A DNA stretch of 60,066 nucleotides from Candidatus Omnitrophota bacterium. GTDB lineage: Bacteria > Omnitrophota > Gorgyraeia > Gygaellales > Profunditerraquicolaceae. Of the stretch, positions 42,209 through 49,555 are shown piece by piece. Location of the stretch: assembly GCA_040754615.1 (NCBI GenBank), contig JBFMBZ010000044.1:1-60066 (forward strand), read 5' to 3'. The notes beneath the pieces are model-generated. The model had not been told where the DNA came from and searched no databases. It saw nothing but the letters and a program-made list of their open reading frames with translations. Within the stretch, counting starts at the first letter, position 1; each line of letters begins with the position of its first letter. A program made the position numbers and the translations under genes.

Positions 42209-43274
42209 ATAATCTTCTTAAAATATAACGGATATCTATCCTTCCGGGGCAGACATCAATGCACCTTCCGCAGCCGCAGCAGGCCTGGAAACCGAGATTG
42301 GAGATAAAGAAATCAAATTTCTTAAGGTAGCGGTTACGCAGCCGCATATAACGCATGCGTAAAGGATTGGCCCCGCCGGCAACGCGGGAAAAATTCTTAT
42401 AAAGGCAGCCGTCCCAGATACGCACCCTGCGCGGGCTTCCTTCTTTTACATCGTCCGTCAAAAGGAAGCAATGGCAGGTATCGCACATAAATACGCAGCC
42501 GCCGCATTCTACGCAAGTGCGCATCTGTTCGTTCCAAACCTGCGAATTGTAGCCGGATAAAACTATATCCTGCAAAGTATCTTTTTTAGGGATTTTATGG
42601 CATGAGAGGTGCTCTTCCATGCGTTTTATCACTGAATCTCTTTTTGCGGCCCTGCCTGAGAGCTGGCCTGCGTTTGCAGGGGTAAGGATATTCTTTATTC
42701 CATCTACCATCTTCCTGGCTTTATCTGAAGCTACGTCAAGCAGGTAACCATCATTAATGGGGGATAAATTCAGGTCAAAGCCTTCAGTGACGTGCGGGTT
42801 AATCTCAAAGGCGCGGCAGAAGCAAGCCTCTTTAAAGGAGGGGCAATCCCCGGAAATAATCAATGCCTGAGCTCTTCTTTCTTTATAAAGCGCGTCTTCT
42901 TCGTTACCCTGCAAGAAAACATAATCCTGGATTTTTAAAGAAAAGATATCGCAGTTTTTTATCCCGCAGATAGCAAGCGGTTTTTGCGCGCCCTTGCCTT
43001 CCTGGCTTTCGAAATATCTGCCTATCTCCTCCTTAAAATGGGTAAAGAATGCGCGGGTAGGCTCAACTGCGCGGTATTCGCTAAAAACTATGTCTTCTTT
43101 TTTAACTTCGGAGAATCTTTTCAGGAGGTAGTCGTCAGAAGGAAGGTTAAAGCCGTATTCACATTTTACCTTAAAGGGAGTCTTGGTCTTTATGGGGACA
43201 AAAAGCTCATACTCCTGGTTTATGTGTTCGTATAAAGAGAGGAGGTTTTCGGCGCGTAAGAAATATGTTTCCAT
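42174..43274 (-). CDS. 4Fe-4S dicluster subunit (sulfhydrogenase beta HydB/AsrA-like)
   Basis: 366 aa. CVECGGCVFMCDTCHC and CCGCGRCIDVCP motifs in a HydB/AsrA-like arrangement. First gene of the hydrogenase operon. Confidence 0.7.
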   Translation of the reverse strand: METYFLRAENLLSLYEHINQEYELFVPIKTKTPFKVKCEYGFNLPSDDYLLKRFSEVKKEDIVFSEYRAVEPTRAFFTHFKEEIGRYFESQEGKGAQKPLAICGIKNCDIFSLKIQDYVFLQGNEEDALYKERRAQALIISGDCPSFKEACFCRAFEINPHVTEGFDLNLSPINDGYLLDVASDKARKMVDGIKNILTPANAGQLSGRAAKRDSVIKRMEEHLSCHKIPKKDTLQDIVLSGYNSQVWNEQMRTCVECGGCVFMCDTCHCFLLTDDVKEGSPRRVRIWDGCLYKNFSRVAGGANPLRMRYMRLRNRYLKKFDFFISNLGFQACCGCGRCIDVCPGRIDIRYILRRLYEEKHIPAHSG

Positions 43275-43311
43275 TAATTACTTTAAAACGGGATTTATAA
43301 TAAGCGGGGGG

Positions 43312-43329
43312 TTTGTGAAAAATCACAAA
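43312..43329. promoter_or_regulatory. 18-bp palindrome TTTGTGA-AAAA-TCACAAA upstream of the hydrogenase operon (candidate operator or 5'-UTR hairpin)
   Basis: A perfect 7-4-7 inverted repeat lies 38-55 nt upstream of the first hydrogenase-operon ATG. The half-sites equal the TGTGA/TCACA of Crp/Fnr- and Rex-type boxes but with a 4-nt spacer. Confidence 0.4.
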
Positions 43330-43355
43330 ACAGCCCATTAATTAAAAGTTTGTAT

Positions 43356-43384
43356 AATATAACATAATTCAATATGCTTGTCTA
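43356..43384 (-). promoter_or_regulatory. Possible sigma70-type promoter TAGACA-17 nt-TATATT for the hydrogenase operon
   Basis: 5/6 and 5/6 matches with a 17-nt spacer in AT-rich DNA. It sits upstream of the palindrome and the ATG. Weak evidence. Confidence 0.3.
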
Positions 43385-43397
43385 TAAAATTTTTTCT

Positions 43398-43471
43398 AAA
43401 TAAAGGGGACGGTTCTCTGCAGAGTCGGGGACGGTTCTCTTTAGTCTACGTTTAACGCAGAGAACCGTCCC
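43398..43471 (-). terminator. Composite terminator after the yqeY-like gene, built from one 5' arm and two copies of the 3' arm
   Basis: Minus strand: GGGACGGTTCTCT -18 nt- AGAGAACCGTCCC -9 nt- AGAGAACCGTCCCC TTTATTT. Only the second copy is followed by the U-tract. Confidence 0.55.
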
Positions 43472-43495
43472 AATCTGATTCGAAAGCGTCCCTAA

Positions 43496-43969
43496 TTATG
43501 GGGAATCTGGGGGACTTTTTGAGGCAGGCGTAAGCGCTTTTCTTACCAGGTCGCTTACCAGCTTCCCGTCTGCTTTCCCCGCGACTTTGGCATTTACTTC
43601 CTTCATAACTTTGCCCATATCTTTCATCCCCTGCGCGCCGGCAGCTGAAACCGCCTCTTCAATGATTTTCTTAATCTCTTCTTCCGGTAACTCAGGCGGA
43701 AGGTAGGTTTTTAAGATCTCAAGCTCCTTCAGCTCTTTATCCGCCAGGTCCGGACGGTTCCCTTTTGTAAACTGCTCAATGGAATCCTGGCGCTCCTTAA
43801 TCTGTTTTCTGATGACTGCTACGGACTCCGGCTCTTCGAGCTTATTTTTTTTCTTGGCAATCGCCGTATTAATCAATTCCGCGCGCAGGAAACTTAAGAC
43901 CGAACTCTTTAAGGAATCCTTATTCTTCATTGCCTCTTTATAGTCGCTAAATATCTTTTCTTCCAACAC
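43496..43969 (-). CDS. GatB/YqeY domain-containing protein
   Basis: MLEEKIFSDYKEAMKNKDSLKSSVLSFLRAELIN is the characteristic YqeY N-terminus. 157 aa. Confidence 0.8.
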   Translation of the reverse strand: MLEEKIFSDYKEAMKNKDSLKSSVLSFLRAELINTAIAKKKNKLEEPESVAVIRKQIKERQDSIEQFTKGNRPDLADKELKELEILKTYLPPELPEEEIKKIIEEAVSAAGAQGMKDMGKVMKEVNAKVAGKADGKLVSDLVRKALTPASKSPPDSP

Positions 43970-44011
43970 CTTCCACCTCCGATTAGGGATTCTAATGGCC
44001 CAATTTTCTTA

Positions 44012-44911
44012 TCAGAATGATATGCATTTCTTAAAGGCTGACAGCCTCTTTTCCAAATTATTTCTTGTAAGCCCTGCCGTCCGCTTTATGCCGAAATCTT
44101 CAATATTAAACGAGGCAGCAATTGTGCCATAGGCAATTGCTTTCTTAAGGCTGCCTTCGTCTATTCTTTTGACGCGTGTAAGATACCCCATAAACCCTCC
44201 GGCAAAGGTATCCCCTGCTCCAGTCGGGTCTACTACTCTTTCCGTAGGAAACGCCGGAAGGGAAAAAACAAATTTGCTGCTGTAAAAGAAAACCCCATGC
44301 TCTCCTTTTTTGATTAAAATCATCTTCGGCCCGTAAGAAGAGAGGCATTTTGCCGCCCGGATAAGATTGCTTTCTCCGGAAAGTTGCCTTGCTTCCTGGT
44401 CATTGGCGACATAGATATCAACCTGCTTTAATAGCCTTATAAGAGGCCTGCGCTTATTGTGTATCCAGTAATTCATACTGTCTAATCCCACAAGCGAAGG
44501 TGAGCGCATATTTTCCAAAAGGTGCCTCTGTATATCCGGGTCGACATTCGCCAGGAATATGTATTTTATCTTCCTCTGTACTTCAGAAACCCGCGGCCGG
44601 AAGATAGAAAGCACGCCGAGTTCCGTGTTTAAGGTCAGGGCGGTATTTAAATCCCCCCGGTATTCTCCCTCCCATTTAAAAGTCTTACCCTTACTTTCTA
44701 TGAGTGAGGTAAGGATTATCCCTTTCTGCTTTAAGAAACTGATATGCCTCTGAGGGAAATCCCTTCCTACAATGGCCACCAGGTTTACGTTGGTGAATAA
44801 ACGCGCAGCCATGGCAAAATGTACGGCAGAGCCTCCGAGCATCCGCTTCCTTGCCCCAAAAGGAGTCTTCACTGTATCTAATGCCACCGTGCCTAAAACA
44901 ATTATGCTCAT
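44012..44911 (-). CDS. PfkB-family carbohydrate/nucleoside kinase
   Basis: IVLGTVALD N-terminus, the DPTGAGDTFAGGF anion-hole motif and NIED. Start set at MSIIVLG, which forms an ATGA overlap with the uppP stop. Confidence 0.8.
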   Translation of the reverse strand: MSIIVLGTVALDTVKTPFGARKRMLGGSAVHFAMAARLFTNVNLVAIVGRDFPQRHISFLKQKGIILTSLIESKGKTFKWEGEYRGDLNTALTLNTELGVLSIFRPRVSEVQRKIKYIFLANVDPDIQRHLLENMRSPSLVGLDSMNYWIHNKRRPLIRLLKQVDIYVANDQEARQLSGESNLIRAAKCLSSYGPKMILIKKGEHGVFFYSSKFVFSLPAFPTERVVDPTGAGDTFAGGFMGYLTRVKRIDEGSLKKAIAYGTIAASFNIEDFGIKRTAGLTRNNLEKRLSAFKKCISF

Positions 44912-45651
44912 CTTATGAATAAAAGCGTGATTACGGCCGCGATAATACAATAATATCCGAAGTAATGCAGCTTCTGCTTTAATAAAACGCTCCTGAGAAA
45001 CCAGAGGGAAAATAAACCAAAAATAAAACTTAAGGTAAAACCTGCCAGAAGCCCGGGAAAATTCTCCTTTAAGGCAAAATCAATTTCTTTTGCCTCTAAA
45101 AGAGCGGCTCCAAACACTGCCGGGATACTCGCCAGAAAAGAAAAACGAAAACACAGGGCCGGTTCTATTTTTAAGAAAAGCAGGGTAGAAATAGTCAAGC
45201 CTGAGCGAGAAATTCCCGGGATTATTGCCGCCCCTTGCGTTAAGCCTAAAATAAGCGCATCTTTTGGCTGCAGGGACTTGCGTTCGCCGCGAAGAAATCT
45301 TTTTGTCGAAATAAGGACTAAACCGGTGATTATCAAACTTAATGCCGCTAACTTATGGGAAGAAAAAAGCTTTTCAAAAAAATCCTTTCCGCTTAATCCG
45401 ATTATACCCGTTACAAAGGTTACGATTATAATCAACCATATGGTCCTTAGGGACTTTAATGCCCTTATGATATCGTTGAAAAAGAAAACTACTAACGAAA
45501 GCAAGGTGCCCAGATGCAAAATCACGGAAATCGCTACCTGGTTCTGCGCTATGCCGAAAAAATGCCCCAGAATAGCCAAATGGCCGGAGCTGCTCACCGG
45601 CAAGAATTCCGTTAAGCCCTGCACAATCCCCAATAACGCATATTTAATCAT
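44908..45651 (-). CDS. uppP: Undecaprenyl-diphosphate phosphatase
   Basis: LGIVQGLTEFLPVSSSGHL and PGISRSGLTIS are the two BacA/UppP signature motifs. 8 TM helices. Confidence 0.9.
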   Translation of the reverse strand: MIKYALLGIVQGLTEFLPVSSSGHLAILGHFFGIAQNQVAISVILHLGTLLSLVVFFFNDIIRALKSLRTIWLIIIVTFVTGIIGLSGKDFFEKLFSSHKLAALSLIITGLVLISTKRFLRGERKSLQPKDALILGLTQGAAIIPGISRSGLTISTLLFLKIEPALCFRFSFLASIPAVFGAALLEAKEIDFALKENFPGLLAGFTLSFIFGLFSLWFLRSVLLKQKLHYFGYYCIIAAVITLLFIR

Positions 45652-48311
45652 ATTAATTTAACCACCATTTCCCGCAAAGCCCTGGCAATAGCCTCGTATG
45701 ATTCTTCTCCCTTTGTTTCTTTTATTAATTCCGCTATAGTTACGGGCTTGCCAAATATAATCTTTAAAGGATGCAGGCGCGGCAGGCGCCTTGTCCTTGG
45801 CCAGGAGGCGTGAGAGCCTTTAATATATACCGGCACACAGGGGATGTCCAGCTCTTTAATCAATATGCCTATGCCTTTTTTAAAATCCCCGACGCGCTCG
45901 TCAATAGAACGCCTGCCTTCCGGAAATATACAAACAATCTTTCCGCGGGATAAAACAAATGAAACCGCCTGCATTGCCGCTATTAAATTGGTTGCGGTAT
46001 CTAATGGTATAAGCCGGCAAGCCTTTAGCGACCACCTGATCAGAGAATGCTCAAATATCCGGCTGTAACCTAAAAAGAAGGTATGCATTGCCTCTTTTAA
46101 ACTCAAGGCCGCGAAGACTACAAAGCCATCCAGGTAACTTGCATGGTTCGGGCAGATGATGAACGGCCGTTTTTTAGGAAGGTTTTGTTTTCCTTCTATC
46201 CTGAGCAGCCAGAATACCCTGAAGATAAATGCAAATATGCACTTGAATATGAAGGTAGCCAGATAATTCAAAGCACCTGGATTAAGGATAATTTTTTTTG
46301 CCACCGTTTGCGAAAGCGGCTCTTTGAAAATCTCTTTCCAATCCCTTAGCACGCCCCCAGGGCCCTCTCTCTCTGTAGCCCCTAAAGGCCCCTCTTTTAA
46401 GCCTGCGATTTTCTGGATTAATTCTTTGACCGTAGAAACGGTATAAATAAATTCATCGGGTATTTTCAAGGATAAAAGCGATTCCAGGGCAAGCCCAAGC
46501 TCCACGCGGCTTAAGGAATCAATGCCCAAATCCATCTCTAAATGGCTATCCAGGTAAATCTCCCTTTTTAGTTGCCTTGCCAGATAATCGATTATTTTTT
46601 TCGCAGTTTCTTTTTCTAATAGTTCCCGGTCTTCCGCGCTTAAAAATTGCGGCCGTGCCTGGGCCTTGACGGCTCCCTTAAGATACTTGAGAGCGACTTC
46701 ATATCTTTTAATTTTCCCCAGCGCCGTGCGCGCAAGGCCCTCTTTGGTGAGTAAGAAACCCATAATGCGTTTATACGCCGGGAGCCTGCTGGAAAGGTTT
46801 TCTAATTCCCAATGCACCTTTGGCTCAATGTTAGGCTCATTTTTTTTCTGAAAATATTCCAGGTCCGGGACCACTATGGCGTAAAGAAGCTCGCGTTTCT
46901 CTCCGAAGATCTCCTCTTTCTTAGGAAGGATGCATATCTCTTTTACATAAGGGCTGTTTAAAAAATATGCTTCCAACTCCTCCGGATAAATATTCTTTCC
47001 CGAAGCCAAGACAATTACCTCTTTTAGCCTTCCGGCCAGAAAAAGGTATCCATCTTTATCTAAATAACCCAGGTCGCCGGAATGAAACCATCCGTCCTTC
47101 AGGGCCGCGTTAGTCTCTTCCGGCATCTTAAAATACCCCTGCATTACATTAGGCCCCTTAATCAAAACCTCTCCTATGCCTTGAGAATCGGGATTATCAA
47201 TTTTTACCCGGACATCAGGAACAGGTTTTCCTACGGACCCAAATTTTATCTTTTTTAGCGGGTTAAGGGTAACAATAGGGGATGTTTCAGTTAAACCGTA
47301 ACCTTCAATTAATTTTACTCCTAATAAAAACTGTAAGGAGCGGCCGACTTTTGGCTCCAAGCGGGCCCCTCCGCTCACCAACAGGCGTAAAGACCTGCCG
47401 AATACACTGCGTAATTTAAAGATTATGGGGATGAGGAAAACAGGCCTGAGGAGGAGGGGGATTCTTTTTATCTGCTCATACACCCCTTTATGGATTAAGA
47501 AAAAAATCTGCGGAACTGCCGCAAAAAGCGTAACTTTTCCTTCCCGGATTACCCTGCTTAAATCTGCGGGCTTAAAACTGACAGGACAAAAAGTAACTGT
47601 TGCCCCCAGAAAAAGAGGCACTGCCAGAGATACCATAAAAGCATAGGCATGATGTAACGGCAGGATGGAAAGAATATTATCTTCCTTTGAACAGATATCC
47701 AATTCCCGCATGCTCATAAAATTCGAGCAGATATTTTTGTGGCTTAAAAGAACGCCCTTCGGCCTTGCGGTAGTGCCGGAGGTATAAATAAGCGAGGCAA
47801 TATCATCTTCTGATACATCCGGCAAGCCTCCCCGCCCAGGAATAACTCCTTCCATAATGCCGGAAAAACTTGTAGCATCCTGCGGGGCTGCCTCCTCATT
47901 ACCCAGAATTACTGCCAAGGCCTCAGTTTCTTTTATGACGGGATTTATTTTTTTGGAAAATATGTCTTGTGAAGTAAATATAACCTTCGCCTGGCTATCA
48001 ACCAGGCAGGAGCGCAATTCCTCATCTTCCATATGCGGGTCTAAAGGCACGCAGGATAACCCGGCATACATCATCCCCAGATAAATAAAGGCCCACTCCG
48101 GGCAGTTTTCTAATACAATCGCAGCGCGCTCATCTTTCTTCAAGCCTGTTTTTATTAAAAACTCCGCCACCTTAAGAGAGCGGGCCTTTAGCTCTTTATA
48201 GGTATATTTTCTCCAGGCCTGGCCTCCTATGTCTTGCAAGGCAATTTTTTCGGGAAAGTGCCTTACGGTTTGCTCAAAGAGCTTGTGGATAACCAGCAGC
48301 TCTTCATTCAT
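45648..48311 (-). CDS. Fusion protein: acyl-CoA/acyl-ACP synthetase (AMP-binding), carrier (PP-binding) domain, lysophospholipid acyltransferase (PlsC)
   Basis: LIYTSGTTARPKGV, GWFHSGDLGYLDKDGYLFLAGR and GKIKR (adenylation). LGIDSLSRVEL (Ppant Ser). CPNHASYLDGF (HX4D) and IFPEGRRS (PlsC motifs I and III). Confidence 0.85.
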   Translation of the reverse strand: MNEELLVIHKLFEQTVRHFPEKIALQDIGGQAWRKYTYKELKARSLKVAEFLIKTGLKKDERAAIVLENCPEWAFIYLGMMYAGLSCVPLDPHMEDEELRSCLVDSQAKVIFTSQDIFSKKINPVIKETEALAVILGNEEAAPQDATSFSGIMEGVIPGRGGLPDVSEDDIASLIYTSGTTARPKGVLLSHKNICSNFMSMRELDICSKEDNILSILPLHHAYAFMVSLAVPLFLGATVTFCPVSFKPADLSRVIREGKVTLFAAVPQIFFLIHKGVYEQIKRIPLLLRPVFLIPIIFKLRSVFGRSLRLLVSGGARLEPKVGRSLQFLLGVKLIEGYGLTETSPIVTLNPLKKIKFGSVGKPVPDVRVKIDNPDSQGIGEVLIKGPNVMQGYFKMPEETNAALKDGWFHSGDLGYLDKDGYLFLAGRLKEVIVLASGKNIYPEELEAYFLNSPYVKEICILPKKEEIFGEKRELLYAIVVPDLEYFQKKNEPNIEPKVHWELENLSSRLPAYKRIMGFLLTKEGLARTALGKIKRYEVALKYLKGAVKAQARPQFLSAEDRELLEKETAKKIIDYLARQLKREIYLDSHLEMDLGIDSLSRVELGLALESLLSLKIPDEFIYTVSTVKELIQKIAGLKEGPLGATEREGPGGVLRDWKEIFKEPLSQTVAKKIILNPGALNYLATFIFKCIFAFIFRVFWLLRIEGKQNLPKKRPFIICPNHASYLDGFVVFAALSLKEAMHTFFLGYSRIFEHSLIRWSLKACRLIPLDTATNLIAAMQAVSFVLSRGKIVCIFPEGRRSIDERVGDFKKGIGILIKELDIPCVPVYIKGSHASWPRTRRLPRLHPLKIIFGKPVTIAELIKETKGEESYEAIARALREMVVKLI

Positions 48312-49551
48312 ACTTTAAATCCCCAGAATTCTTGATGCGTAAAAGAAAAATCAGGCCCAGGGCCGTAAATAAGGCCAGGCTCAATAATGAAACCCGGTAT
48401 CCCCATTCGCCGAAACCCTTCAGGAATAATAGGATTAAACCCCAGTATAACGGCCCGAGTATGGCGGATAAAAACCCCGCGAGGTTAAACAAGCCAAAGA
48501 CCTCAGCCATTTTAGATTCCGGCGCTATCTTCACTGCCAGGGCGCGTAAGACCACCCAGGTTGAGCCCAAAGTCACGCCCACCAATGCGCCTACCGCGTG
48601 ATAGGCAAAAACCCCTTTTGAAATAGCACCCAGAATGAAACAGGCTATCCACGAAATAAAGACAATTCCCAGGAAACGCTTATGGCCCAGATAGTCGCTC
48701 AAATATCCGGAAACTAAACTGCCCAAAATAGCAAAAAAGGTAGAAAACACAATTAAGTTTGCTACTTCGGATTCATTTAAATTAAATGCGCGGGCCGCAT
48801 ATACCGACATAAAAAGCATGACCACGTTTACGCCGAAGGTGCCGAAAAAAGCTGCCTTCAGGAAATTTGAGAACCCGCCTGCCTCCTGGTTATTAAAAAG
48901 CAGTCTTTTAAGGCTTATCAGGGCTTCTATTATTTTCTCTTTTTTGAAAAGTAAATTATAGTCTATTCGCCCGCCGGGGCCTTCCCTGTCCTTCACAAAA
49001 ATCATATCAGGAAGCGCAAAGAGCAAAAATAATATTCCGGTAGGCAGGAATGCCGCCTGATAACCCTGCCTTGCCACTACTGGTTTGATAAGATAAAGGG
49101 CTAAGATAGCTCCGAGGTAACTGAACATCCTGCCTAAACCCGAAATCAGCCCGATTTTCCCCTTCGGGGAGATATCAACCAGTTGGGCATTATAAAAGGT
49201 CACTGCCGTAGAGCAGCCGAAATTTGCTGCGGCAAAGAATAACAAGCCCAGGAAGGCAGAGGTTACAAAGCCCAGGGCAATGGTAAAAAAAACAGAGATT
49301 ATCGTAAGGCTGACCAGGAAGATTCTTTTCCGGCGAGCCGCATCGGAAATAGCCCCGAGGACCGGAGAAAAAACCGCGATAAAGAAATTGGAGATTCCGT
49401 ACGCAAAACTGTACAGAATCTCCGCAGAGCCCTTTTCTAAGACAATCCACTGCACAAAATAAAGCGAGATTATATTCAGGGAGAAAAACTGGTTGGCTAA
49501 ATCATATAAAGACCAGGAGAGGATTTCAATTCCGGTGCGTATCTTAGCCAT
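48304..49551 (-). CDS. MFS transporter (UMF1/Atg22-like)
   Basis: 415 aa, 12 TM. The N-terminus ILSWSLYDLANQFFSLNIISLYF is typical of UMF1-type MFS. 8-nt overlap with the downstream fusion gene. Confidence 0.7.
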   Translation of the reverse strand: MAKIRTGIEILSWSLYDLANQFFSLNIISLYFVQWIVLEKGSAEILYSFAYGISNFFIAVFSPVLGAISDAARRKRIFLVSLTIISVFFTIALGFVTSAFLGLLFFAAANFGCSTAVTFYNAQLVDISPKGKIGLISGLGRMFSYLGAILALYLIKPVVARQGYQAAFLPTGILFLLFALPDMIFVKDREGPGGRIDYNLLFKKEKIIEALISLKRLLFNNQEAGGFSNFLKAAFFGTFGVNVVMLFMSVYAARAFNLNESEVANLIVFSTFFAILGSLVSGYLSDYLGHKRFLGIVFISWIACFILGAISKGVFAYHAVGALVGVTLGSTWVVLRALAVKIAPESKMAEVFGLFNLAGFLSAILGPLYWGLILLFLKGFGEWGYRVSLLSLALFTALGLIFLLRIKNSGDLKYE

Positions 49552-49555
49552 TTAT

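Noticed and set aside
43312-43329. A canonical CRP or Rex operator.
   Set aside because: The half-sites match, but the spacer between TGTGA and TCACA is 4 nt, not the 6 nt of the CRP and Rex consensus boxes. I kept it only as an unassigned palindrome or RNA hairpin.
43405-43471. A CRISPR-like array, given the repeated GGGGACGGTTCTCT.
   Set aside because: There are only two direct copies 22 bp apart plus one inverted copy. There are no spacers of regular length and no cas genes. It fits a hairpin/terminator structure better.
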